Positions 12,445-24,302 of a stretch of 64,000 bases of DNA are shown here, in pieces. The notes below the pieces were generated by a model that saw only the letters and a list, made by a program, of their open reading frames with translations, did not search any database and was not told where the DNA came from. How positions within the stretch are numbered: the stretch's first letter is position 1; each line of letters opens with the position of its first letter. Source of the stretch: Stegostoma tigrinum. Taxonomy: Eukaryota. The DNA is taken from contig NC_081396.1 of assembly GCF_030684315.1 (NCBI RefSeq), forward strand, positions 1,178,001-1,242,000, read 5' to 3'. The position numbers were made by a program, and so were the translations under genes.

Positions 12445-13760
12445 TGTGACTATCGTCTGCTGTGTGTTGTCCTGTGTGTCTCAGTATGGATATGGAAACA
12501 CCGTCAAAAGTTACGAAACGCTCACGGGGAGCACTGTTTCATGGGATTAATGTAAGGTCAGAACTTGCAGTCTGCTGATATGGTTGTTAAAATGTTAGGG
12601 GAAATGACAGTGAATGAATTATTTAAAAAGAAACTCACTGTCTCTTTCCCGGCTTTTATCCCTGATGTTTAAAGTGACACTGTACACCCTCTGCTGACGG
12701 ACATCCACTACTGCTAGAAGTCTTTGAGAGTCAAAAGGGATTTAATCAGAAGAAGGGATACAGGACACAACACCATCAATAGGACACCAGGATCAAATCA
12801 CACACAAGGTCTGTGTGCTGTATTTACTTCACTGTTTTCTCAAGCCAATCTGTTTCAATGTTTGTTTTGCTACTTGTTTCGCTTTGCTCAGATGCTTGTC
12901 ATTCTGAACGGCCCTTCACTCATCGCCAATCTGTGTATGTTTGTGCGTGAGTGTGCTTGTTTTGTGTGTGTTTCTGTGTGTGTGTTCTGCTATGTGCTGT
13001 CCTGTGTTTCTCATTTTCTGTTTGGAAACGTGTTCAAAAGACAAGAATTGCACCTGGAGAGTGCATTCATGGATTTAATGTAAGTTCAGAAGCTACTGTC
13101 TGCTGAGTTGGGAGGTAAAATCTCTTTTCATACTTTGCTCCCTTATTTTCAAGGCGATATAATACCTCCCTTTCCTGGAGAACGTTCCCTACTGCGCAAG
13201 AGAATTTTAAAACTCATCAGTAGTTCAATCAGAGGGAGGGCAGCAGTACTCAGTACCATCAAACTGACATCAGAATCAAATCACACACAAGCAGTCTCTG
13301 CTCCACTCAATTCACTTGTCAACCTATTTTAATGCTTATTTTGTTTCTTTTTTTCTCGCTGCTCGGATGCCTGCCAATCTAAACAGCCCTTGCTACACCA
13401 CTGTCACATGGGTATGTGAGATTGTGTGTGATTGCGTGCATGCGCAGGAGGTGTTTCTTTATATGTGCGTATGTGTTCTGTTGTGTGTTTCCTTTCTCTT
13501 TTAGTGTCCATTTGAGAATATGTTCAGAAGTTTAGGTGAGTTCATCTGGAGTGTTCTTAATGCAAGTCAAACGCCTCTGTGTGCTGAATTGGAGATAAAA
13601 TGCCTGGAGAGTCTCTTTTCCGGTCCCCCACCCCCACAACATATGTTTAGAACAATACAATACCACCATCCGTGACTAGACTTCCACTACTGAGCACAAT
13701 GACGTTTAAACTCATCAGGGGTTCAATGAGAGCAGTCCTTTACCCATCAACCACGACAGT
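12445..13760 (+). repeat. Diverged tandem triplication of a ~510-bp unit (third copy truncated)
   Basis: Recurring blocks GGAAACA..TCAAAAG...GGAG...TTAATGTAAG.TCAGAA...TCTGCTGA at ~12490, ~13020 and ~13510; AAACTCATCAG..GTTCAAT at ~13210 and ~13708; ATCAAATCACACACAAG at ~12790 and ~13275. Confidence 0.75.
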
Positions 13761-13840
13761 TTCCCGAACTCACGGTATATAATTTGTTCAGAAGGCATAC
13801 ATGCTCAGAATAAGTTTCTGTATCCGGAATAGTATTATAT

Positions 13841-14880
13841 GATAATAAAATGTGAGGCTGGATGAACACAGCAGGCCAAGCAGCATCTCAGGAGCACAAA
13901 AGCTGATGTTTCGGGCCTAGACCCTTCATCAGAGAGGGGGATGGGGGGAGGGAACTGGAATAAATAGGGAGAGAGGGGGAGGCGGACCGAAGATGGAGAG
14001 TAAAGAAGATAGGTGGAGAGGGTGTAGGTGGGGAGGTAGGGAGGGGATAGGTCAGTCCAGGGAAGACGGACAGGTCAAGGAGGTGGGATGAGGTTAGTAG
14101 GTAGCTGGGGGTGCGGCTTGGGGTGGGAGGAAGGGATGGGTGAGAGGAAGAACCGGTTAGGGAGGCAGAGACAGGTTGGACTGGTTTTGGGATGCAGTGG
14201 GTGGGGGGGAAGAGCTGGGCTGGTTGTGTGGTGCAGTGGGGGGAGGGGATGAACTGGGCTGGTTTAGGGATGCAGTAGCGGAAGGGGAGATTTTGAAACT
14301 GGTGAAGTCCACATTGATACCATATGGCTGCAGGGTTCCCAGGCGGAATATGAGTTGCTGTTCCTGCAACCTTCGGGTGGCATCATTGTGGCAGTGCAGG
14401 AGGCCCATGGTGGACATGTCATCAAGAGAATGGAAGGGGGAGTTGAAATGGTTTGCGACTGGGAGGTCTGGTTGTTTGTTGCGAACTGAGCGGAGGTGTT
14501 CTGCAAAGCGGTCCCCAAGCCTCCGCTTGGTTTCCCCAATGTAGAGGAAGCCGCACCGGGTACAGTGGATGCAGTATACCACATTGGCAGATGTGCAGGT
14601 GAACCTCTGCTTAATGTGGAATGTCATCTTGGGGCCTGGGATGGGGGTGAGGGAGGAGGTGTGGGGACAAGTGTAGCATTTCCTGCGGTTGCAGGGGAAG
14701 GTGCCGGGTGTGGTGGGGTTGGAGGGCAGTGTGGAGCGAACAAGGGAGTCACGGAGAGAGTGGTCTCTCCGGAAAGCAGACAGGGGAGGGGATGGAAAAA
14801 TGTCTTGGGTGGTGGGGTCGGATTGTAAATGGCGGAAGTGTCGGAGGATAATGCGTTGTATCCGGAGGTTGGTAGGGTGG
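13841..14880 (-). mobile_element. Penelope-like retroelement, 5'-truncated, with GIY-YIG endonuclease domain
   Basis: ORF 14157-14627: FTCTSANVVYCIHCTRCGFLYIGETKRRLGDRFAEHLRSV...PVANHFN. Terminal repeat with hammerhead core at 13841-13932. Confidence 0.92.
13903..13932 (-). ncRNA. Minimal hammerhead ribozyme core in the Penelope terminal repeat
   Basis: On -: CUGAUGA, aGGGUcuagGCCC (stem II), GAAAC-AUCAG. Matches the minimal hammerheads known from Penelope-like elements. Confidence 0.6.
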
Positions 14881-16501
14881 ATTATGATGATGAGATCTCA
14901 CAATGGAGTCAAGGAGATCCAATCAGTAGCACAACTTTGTATTATCTGCATCGTTGATTGGACTTTGGTCTGTCTCTTTGCATGAGGAGAACTTCCGTAA
15001 TTTATCGCTTTTTTCATGATAGCTAATGGAGAGGACATTTGCTGCCACGTATGTGTGCTTAAGTATGGACTCATTCCTAATCTAACATTCAGCATGCTGC
15101 ACTAAAGTAGATTTAGTCACTGGAAGGCTGGCGTCCTGCTGTGACAAAATTTCCTTTTGTTTATTAAAGTCAAAAGAACTGACGGCATAAAGCGCCCTTG
15201 TGATATCACAGTAGAGTAGCCATCTCTGAGCCAGCAGGCCTTTATTCAAGTCCCTGCTCCCAAGATCAGCATTGAAGACTTGACAGCATTTATGCAACGG
15301 GGTTTCTTCACGTTGTGGAGAGCCTGGGACCAAAGGATTCAATCACAAAAGAAAGAATCATAGACTTAAGAGAATGCTAAGGAGGATTTTTTTTTTCAGA
15401 GTGTAGTGATGCCAACATTTAGAATTTTGTATTCAGTGAGGAAATCAAAGGAAATGAAGAAAGGGCAGGAAAATGGAGTTGAGAATATTGTCAGGTGACG
15501 AGCATCAGAAATGGCTACGAGTTCAGTACGACCTTCAATCAGACATGCTGAATTTTTTTTTAACGAAGCTAATTTAAACTCTGACCGCAACCTGGCATGT
15601 TTTGATCCATTTTGTGAACTTCGATCTGCTCGCCAAATAAGGGAGGTATCACACTCGCCTGCAGACATAATAGCACTACTATGGCCTTAAAATAAACATG
15701 GCATCTGGCTGTTTACAACGTGGTGAAAATATCTGGAAGTTTTTTTTTTAACCAGTTTTGGATGTGATCTCACTTCGTGATCAGAGTTTGATAAATTCAT
15801 TGAATAAGTGGTTCAGCAGTTTCTGCAATTTATCACATTTTGTGACAACGGGTAGCAGAACAAAACAAAAATGCAGGAGGGAAACTTTGAGATAACATTT
15901 GAAGAGAAAGTGCCCCTTTTTATCAGAAAGGGCAGTTATCTATGAGGCAAGAGGAAGTTGACCACTTCAGTGGAAGCAAGGCATTTTCAAGTTAAATTGA
16001 ACTAGTGAAAATTAGAGGGAGGGAAAACTGTGAATTAATTTAAAACGACGGAAAATGAACTAAAATAGAGTGCATTAAAGTCGAAGTTAAGTTATATGAA
16101 GCATCAAGTAAACGCTGCAGTGAATGTATTTTTCGTATTGAGTATTAGTATTAAAAAGTTCGGTCTGCATCGAATCCCTGTATTTTATTTGTCTCAAAAG
16201 TGAAGAACATTTGGATAAAGAGCTTGACTATTCCATTCAGACAACCAGAAAGGAAGAGCAAGCAACACTTTTAAAAGGTAAACATACAAATGTACAGATG
16301 TGTAGGAGATTAAACCTGCCAGCTCTGTGGAAATAGCAGAGAGGGAATAATTGAATAGTAACTTGAAACAGTAGACAGAGATATGAAACAACGAATCTTC
16401 TCCTCCTGATCTTGGACATAATCTGATTCTGTGAGCTGCTGTTGGTTGTGAGAGTATGGGTGCTGTGAGACTAGCAGAAAAATACTGTGTTTCCTCTTGT
16501 G

Positions 16502-16540
16502 GGATTTTGTACAGGTCCGGAACTGATGTATCTCACTGTG
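16502..16540 (-). promoter_or_regulatory. 23-bp-spacer RSS of the IgH-like V gene
   Basis: On -: CACAGTG (16540-16534), AGATACATCAGTTCCGGACCTGT (23 nt), ACAAAATCC (16510-16502). Confidence 0.95.
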
Positions 16541-17016
16541 TCTTTGTACACAATAATATGTCGCACTGTCTGACATTGTCAATGCCCTGAAATCCAAAGC
16601 GAAGATATTGTTTTCAAGGTCTTTAGAAGCAATAATTCGTTCTCTGATCTCTGGATTATAGTCATTGTTGCTTTCACTGTAGAACCCAACCAGCCATTCT
16701 AGGCCCTTGTTGGGTCTTTGCCGATACCATAACATTCTGTAGTTTTGCAAATTGAACCCGGACGTTTTACAAATCAGTTTCAGAGACTGTCCAGCAATTC
16801 TTGTCTCTGTCTCTGACTGAGTCAGCACCACTTCTGACTTGGCACCTAGTAATGCAAAGTAACAATCATTAAACTGGTGTGCCTCCAGAGCATGTAGCTT
16901 ACCCAGGAAAATGATGAACAGGCAATTGAAATTGTTAAAATTGCATAGAAAATTAATTGGAATTACGCACTGGACAATAAAGCAAGAACAAGAGCAAGAC
17001 AACTCGCTGACCACAT
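16541..17016 (-). CDS. Intact IgH-like variable gene segment (TAILV/VH-delta type); leader exon 17016-16971, V exon 16845-16541
   Basis: Spliced product MWSASCLALVLALLSSAKS-EVVLTQSETETRIAGQSLKLICKTSGFNLQNYRMLWYRQRPNKGLEWLVGFYSESNNDYNPEIRERIIASKDLENNIFALDFRALTMSDSATYYCVQR. 46-nt phase-1 leader, 125-nt GT-AG intron, conserved Cys/Trp/Cys, shark VH-like CKTSGF, GLEWLV and SKD..NNIFALD motifs, canonical RSS. Confidence 0.92.
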
Positions 17017-17179
17017 GCTTCCCCGGTCGTTATTGCACAATCTGTCTTCTAGTCACTCAATTGAACAGTAGCTTGGCGAATTGCTGCTTTCAGATCTTCA
17101 GTTACAGGGTTTATGAAACTGCAGAAGAGGGGGCGTGTTTGAGGAGACACACTATTGGTTGCCTGAAAATTGACATCTG

Positions 17180-17187
17180 ATGCAAAT
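17180..17187 (-). promoter_or_regulatory. Candidate octamer motif upstream of the IgH-like V gene
   Basis: ATTTGCAT on the gene strand, 164-171 nt upstream of the ATG. The same 8-mer occurs elsewhere in the window, so this could be chance. Confidence 0.35.
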
Positions 17188-18874
17188 ATGCGAGGTTATG
17201 GCATCTACGTTGCATGGTAGCAACAATGAGTCGTTATAAACGTCAGAGAACTGAGTGAAACAAACGCCACTGTTTATCACTTGAAAAGAGTCTCGTTTAT
17301 TCCCACATTTTTCAGCCTGCCAACAAGTTCTCATTCCATGAAAATGCACCATTCCGACTTTCTTCCCTGGGAGATTATCAAAAGATTTATGAAAATTCAA
17401 ATAGACCGAATCCCCTCGTTAGCCTACTCTACCAGTCAATTATTCTAATTGTCCCTTCTCTGAATAACAAAAAAATCGCTTGACAGATTTCATAATATGA
17501 ATTTGCTTATCAGAAAGATATGCTGGTTTTGTCCAAATGGCTTCATACTTCCTAAATTTTCTATTACTCAGTTCAAAACAGACATACATACAGCATTCAA
17601 AGAAATCAGGGATGACATGAGGCAGTTTATTTCTGAAGCACTTTATTGTGATATGAAATAAACCGTCAGATTCCATGTTGGGTTCAAATCGATTTTCTTT
17701 CTTTAAAAGACCCTTTAACATGGGAAAGTCAGGGCGGGGTAGAGGTTGTGCTGGACAATGAGTATAATCACATCTTTGAGAACAGGTATTATGACTACAT
17801 GCCCAATTAGCTTCTGATGACTTGTTTCATTCTCTACCTTTACATCGCCCATTTTGTGGGACTTAACTGAGCAGGTGTCGAAATATTAATCTATTTTACT
17901 GGGGCTTTGCGTCAGCAACTCAAGAAATTACAGAAAATGCATAGAATTTTCAGATTTTGCCAACAAATTACAATGGCATTGTAACTATGCAAATTATACA
18001 GTATGGATTAATTTAGGGAGTATAGTCAATATGTGACTATGTGTGACCATGTGCAAGTGCATTACTGCCTGTAAACTTAACCGTATACATAAATATTTGT
18101 GGATCCCGGTGTATCAGTGTCTGAGAGTGTAGATATGAGTTCATGCGCATGGCTATGTGTGTGTTTGTGTGCGTGTATTCGTGTCTGCGCTGGCGTGTGC
18201 GCGCGCTTTCATGCGTGATCTTTATTGTGCAATAGGAGACATTTTGTGTTTGATCAAAGTAGAAGGAGCTCTCTATCACTTTCCTGAGCTTGTGGTTAAC
18301 ATGATAAAATTGCACACTCTGCTGATGGCCCAATGTTAGTGCATCTCTAAATGGGGAAATTCGATAACCATTCAGTGAGAGTGATATTCGCAACACAGAA
18401 TAGCGTCCAAACTGACATTAGCATCAACACACCGAGGAACAGTGTGGTGATTACAAAGGGTGGGGTTGGGAGATCGGGTCTGACAGTGTAGGGACTACGG
18501 AGAAGTTAAATTTTAGCAGACTCTGTCAAAATCATTGTAATGGCATTGTTAAAGCCTGAAGCTATTTGACCCACATTTGATTATGGTATGCAAGCAAGTA
18601 AAACCAGGTAGTACCCTGATTATCCTTTTCTCTAATCAAGGAAAATTATAAGTTGAAGTTGAAATGGGCACATGAGTAGTTTTGCAAATCTGAGTAATTA
18701 AAAATCTGGGGAAAAATGCTGAAAGATATATATTTTAGGAACAGTTGTGTGGCGTGAGCAGTATGACAAGCAAAATTATAGAATGAGCACTGTATGAATG
18801 CAGAAGTTTACTAAGCTCCTAATCAGTTTCTGAGTGTACTTATTTATCTGTTGCTTCCAACTTCCGTAAAAGTT

Positions 18875-18936
18875 TCTGTCTATCTATCCATCTGTCTGTC
18901 TATCTGTCTGTCTGTCTATCTATCTATGTATCTATC
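18875..18936. repeat. (TCTA/TCTG)n microsatellite
   Basis: Imperfect tetranucleotide array. Confidence 0.9.
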
Positions 18937-18989
18937 TCATTGAGTGTCTGTCTATTCCATTTCCTTGTACTTTAATTTTTGCCTACCCA

Positions 18990-20100
18990 TGTGATCTAAA
19001 GCATAGAATTGTAGCATCAATTCGTTGCTCCTATACTCTTTGCTTCCATTATTAAACTCAATGATCCCATAAGCCTTTTTCATAACCGTTTTAACATTCC
19101 TGACCACTTTCAGAGAATTGTGCATTTGAGCAGCGAGTGTGCTCTGCTCCTTTAATGCCTTAAAGATGCATTTATTGAATCTGTATTGCCTCTACATATT
19201 TCTTCTAACGGAGGGCTTTGCCTCAGCCTTCACTCTATTGAAGTTTATCTCTCAGGGTTCTGTGTATTTTGCCAAATTTCAAAGTCCCTCTGAAGTAAAT
19301 CAGTGTCATTCCTACAATTCACTCTTCTCCCAACCTGAATATTATCCACAAATTTGGAGATTTTCCCTTAACTACCCATCTCCAAAACGTTTTCATCAAT
19401 CAGAAGTGTAAGGTTCCCAACAACAATCCACAGAAGATACCACTTTCAACATATATCCAGTCTTAGAAATGCCAATCTATTGCCTTGACTGTTTCTCAAT
19501 GTCTAGCCAACTTCGAATGCAGGCTGCTGAGGATCTATTAATCCAAACTATTTCTAACTGGTTAACCAACCTGCAATATGGTGCCAGATAAAATCGTTTC
19601 TTAAAGTCCAAATGTACAACGCTCCCAACAGTAACATCATCTACTGTCCATGCCACTTTTTCAAATAACTCTCATCAAATTGGTTAGACGTGACCTGTTC
19701 TTGATTAAGCCATGTTGATTGTCTGGTAGTAACTTATTTTCCTCGAAATGAATACTTAAATTATTTTACTATGTGTCTTCCATTACTACATTTATACTCC
19801 TGATACATATTTACAGGTCTCTAGTTTTGTGGGTTGTCATATACCACTTTCATAAACAACAGAGCCATATTTGCCATCCTCTGGACCACTGGGACACATC
19901 CTGCGTTCGAAGAATTCTGGAAAATTTTTGTCAATGTCTTCCAAATATGCTGCTTTATCTCTCACAGCAATCGAAGATGCACCCAACTGGGCCTGGCAAA
20001 AATCTACTTGGAGTGCTGCCAGCGTTTTTTCTTAGCAGGTCTTCCTTATCTATCACAATACTGCTCAGTTGTTCATTGTGGGGCCATTTTCACCATTTTC
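18990..20100 (-). mobile_element. Old CR1 ORF2 remnant
   Basis: Decayed reverse-strand RT-region sequence similar to the other CR1 copies. Confidence 0.5.
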
Positions 20101-20104
20101 TGAA

Positions 20105-20205
20105 AGAAAAGCAGAAGATGCTGGAAGAGGTCAGCGGGTCTTACAGCATTTGTGAAGAAAAAGTAAGACTTAGCTTTTCGGGTCCAGTGACCCTTCTTCA
20201 GAATT
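20105..20205 (-). repeat. Penelope-type terminal-repeat fragment with hammerhead core
   Basis: On - 20201-20173: CUGAAGA, aGGGUCacugGACCC, GAAAAGC. Confidence 0.6.
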
Positions 20206-20399
20206 CAACTGTTGGTTGAGTGATTGACATTGGTTGAGCAAGAACTTGAATAACAAAGCGTTTTCTTCTGAAGTTCTTAATACACTGAAGGCTGGACAGA
20301 CAGAACTCACATATTTCAGAAAATGACGAGGAGAGTCACAGAGGAAATTAGCTAATTGCTTTAAAATTAACAAATTCTTATGGCTTAGGAGTTATTATC

Positions 20400-21620
20400 A
20401 TATAATGAAATCAAAATGAAAGAGGGAGTTTTGGAAATCCTAAATTACATGAAGATAGAAAAATCTCCAGGATCAGATGGGATCTATTCCAGGTTGCTCA
20501 GAAAGGCAAGGGAGGCAATAATTTAGGTATTGCCAGATATCTTCACATCCTTGGTGACCACAAATTAAGCTCCAGAGCACTGGTGATTAAAAGAAAGATA
20601 CCTTGTTTCAAAAAGGATGCAGGACTCATCCAGAAAACTACAACCTGGTGAGCTTGACGTCTGCATTAAGGAAGCTCACCTACATATTTGACAGGAAGCA
20701 TACATTCGTCCAGGAAAGATCATGACTCACCAATAGATTTTAATGTTTTGAAGAGTTTACGAGGATAATTGTTGAGGCAACTGCTGTGGATGTCGTTTAT
20801 ATGGACTTTAGAAAGGAATTTGATGAAGTCCCACATGGCAGTTTGGTAAAAAACTCAAATCACAAGAGATCCGAGGTAAACTGGTAGATAGATAGAAAAC
20901 TGAATTGGTCATACAGGACAGAGGGTAGTAGTGGAAAGATACTATTCAGAATGGAGACTAGCAACTAATGGTGTTTAGCAAAGGTCTGTCTTAGGTCCTT
21001 TTTGTTCGTAGTATATATAAAAGTTCCAGAGGAAAATGTTTGTGGTCTGATAAGCCAGTTTGCTGATGACATGGAGATTCGTGGCGTTGCTGACAGCGCC
21101 AACGATTGTGAAAGTACAAAACAAAATATAAATAGATTGCTGATTTGGGCACAGCTAAGTCAGATGAAGTTTACTCCAGACAAATGTATGGTGATACATT
21201 TTTTGAGGATCAAATTTAGATGTAAATTACATTCTAAATGCAAGATCCCTTAGGATCACTAACATTCAAGTTGAACTGGGCGTGCAGGTCCACAGCTCCC
21301 AAATTGATTAAGAAGGCATACGGAATGTTTGCCTTCATTGCCCAGGGGATGAAGTACAAGAGTTGGCAAAAGTTTTGCAGTTATATAAAAACCTTATTAG
21401 GCCACATTTGGAGTATTGTGTGCAATTTTGGTCACCACACTACTAGAAGGATGGTGAAGCTTTGGAGAGAGTACAGAGAAGGTTCATCAGGATGTTACAT
21501 TGTGTCCAGGGCATTGACTATGAGGAAAAGTTGAAAAGGCTCGGATTTTTTCACTCAAAAGACGTCTGCTGAGGGGAGACAGACAGACGTTTGACAGACG
21601 TCTCCAAAATAATAAGAGGC
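20400..21620 (+). mobile_element. CR1 LINE ORF2 (RT) remnant
   Basis: Motifs DVVYMDFRKEFDEVPH, LISQFADD, KKAYGMFAFI; multiple frameshifts. Confidence 0.85.
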
Positions 21621-23415
21621 ACAGAGTTCCTGTGCTGAGTCACCCAAAGCACCCTTGTTCTCACCAAGCTGCACAACTGGTGCTCAATACCTCTGGACTC
21701 TATCCATCACACGGGGGATCGAGGTCAAAGAATGCATCGGCAAGCACTTCGTCTACTTTTGACAAAGCATTGCTCAGGGAGACCCAAATAGAATAGAAGT
21801 CATTGGGAATCCGAGACAAAACACACAACTCCCCCAATTATTAACAGCACAACAGGGAAGTGTTCTCTTGGCTGCAGACTTATCTGGTCAGTCCCCAGCC
21901 TGTAGTAGTAGGACGTTTATAGGGCAGTGTGTCAGCCTCAAACAAGCTCAACTACTTCAGCAGAGCCGTTTCTTCAGACGTGAGACCAGAAGGAGACAGT
22001 TTCTTTCCACTATGCACTAAATTCTCCATATCCAAGCACAATGAAGTGATTTTTGCCCACGTAGAGCAAGACTTGGACACCATTCATGTTTAGACCTATT
22101 ATTGCATATTTGAATTTTGCCACTCCAATGTGTCAATCAAGGAGAAAAATAACTATTACTGAGATTCGTTACAATCGCCGAATTTCTCGTTAAAAAAACA
22201 ATTCATTATGATTGAGTGGAATCTTAATATCCAGGCTTCCCAAGCGTTGGCCACCATTTATCTGGTATCCTTGAAAAATAAAATGGGAAATCTTGCTCAG
22301 AATTGTGAACTACATATGACGCTGGATTTTCACTCTCTACCATTCAGACAATAAATGACTTTTCCGTGGCACATTTGGAATCAAAGTGCTTGATCTCATT
22401 TTCCCAAGCTTGTTGCGTCGTCATCCTGCCCTTGAAGTGAGGCAAAACAATTAGATTCCAAATGTACCATTTTCCAATATATGTTCTTCAATTTTTATAC
22501 AATTTTCAATTCTCCACGTTAATTATTTACCCAACGTTCCTAGAATCAAACAAGTGTGCTTTAACGCGTGGATAAGTGAAGGAAAGGGCGTAAATCTGGG
22601 ACGTGAAGAGGCCGCACACATAGACAAATTGAACTGAAGAATAATCTTGCAGGAACGAATGAGAAGAGGGATAAAAAACAGTGTGGTAGTAATAAGAGCC
22701 GAGAACTCAAAAAAAGTCACCTAGGGGAACTAAAGGGAGAATGCGCTGTGACCAGAATGATATCCAAGATTAAAAGTGCATCAATATCATTATTGAAGAA
22801 AGCACTAGGAAAAGAAAAGCACCGTACTTTATGTACCATATTTTATGGGTGCATCATGACTGTTGAAGCAGTTGAATAGTTGCAACGTTTCTGCCAATAA
22901 GGTGCATTGAAAATTGGCCCGGAAGTAGATCCTAACTTTGATCTGCGCGTTTTGCTGACCTTGTGATGTTTTCAAAACGACACCAAAGGGTTTCATGGAC
23001 ACATAGATTTCAATGCTTCAGATTATACATGGAAGAAAAAGAAATGATGTTATTACACTGCTCTTTTATCTCTCCCATCTGTTTAGGTCTCTCTGGCCAG
23101 TTTTAGCTACCTTTCTTTATTGGCCACATTTTATTCATGTTTGATTTTTTTTCCTCTTTATCATTGACTTGATCAGCAGTGCAAAGTGCCAGGATCCACA
23201 TTTCCGTTCAACAGAACATTTCTGGGATTCAGTTCCAATACTGTGGAACTAGTTTGCATTGCTCTTACAATACCATCACTTCTCTGCACGTATTCAATTC
23301 CTCGTTTGTTGTCAGCATATAGCAAAAAATCAAATAATTAAATTTGTATTGACTGAAGTGATGACAATATGATTGAAGATGATAAATATAATGAAGATCA
23401 CCAATTAGAATGAAG

Positions 23416-23660
23416 GCAATAACGCAAAACTTCCCTGAAACGATGTGGATGAGGACAGTACTGTCACACTCAACTGAACGTTAAGAGCTGCTATAGTCAT
23501 CTCTTTGGATGGCAGACACTGTATAGTTCAAGAATGCATAATAAATAACTCAAGAGTATATAGTAGTTCGTCTTCAATGCTGAATTCTAACATTGAGATT
23601 ACAAACCATTAATGTTCATTTAGCTTTCTGCACGACCTTGTATTTCTGTGCCAGGAACTG
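23416..23660 (+). pseudogene. Highly decayed TCR V pseudogene
   Basis: AITQNFPE / VDEDSTVTLN* (first Cys codon changed to TGA) and terminal LYFCARN followed by degenerate heptamer CACGCTT (23661). Confidence 0.55.
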
Positions 23661-24302
23661 CACGCTTCTGCGATGCTAGTACCACTATAAAAAACAAAAT
23701 CCATTAATAAAACCCTTCATGTTTTGAAGATGCAAATCCAAATTCCGAAGTAAGGAATTCCAGATATGTCTTGTTTTACTTCTTTTTATTTTGAGAAAAA
23801 AAAAACATATTTTCACAGGCAGGCTGTGCTTTTCCAGTCAGTAAGTCGACAGTGGCAATCGCTGAACAAAATGGTGGTACAGTGCATTTCAGCTGTATAT
23901 ATCAAAAATTGGATACTCACACCTGGAATGATTTCATTAGAAGCCAGCGCAGGCGCCGGGCTGGATAATCAATAAATCAGTAGTCCTAAAGCGAATCAAG
24001 ATATCATGATGATATTCAGCAACCGTCAGAACATCTAGAAAAAAAAGTTGCATCAAGTTCGTGAATTGAGCGTGGCTGTCGGGACAGCCTGTTAATTTGC
24101 AGTGAGGCAGCACACTGACAGACATGAAAGACGCCCCGCAGCAAAATCTCAGCAAGCCTCTGCAGCTAAGATCCTTTCAGTTGATAATAATTAACAAGTG
24201 GCTCTTTCGTTGTCTTAAGGGTAGTGAGGTATGAATGTCTACTTGTTAACCATTATGGTGACTGATAATCCGAGCAGTAACGCTATGTAATAAAATGCCA
24301 CG

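Noticed and set aside
15196-15213. CCTTGTG-ATAT-CACAGTA as a D segment for the VH-like gene
   Set aside because: No acceptable nonamer at 12 or 23 nt on either side.
16310-17014. 234-aa single-exon ORF from the track
   Set aside because: It reads through the intron and RSS by chance. The real structure is leader 17016-16971 (another frame) spliced to V exon 16845-16541.
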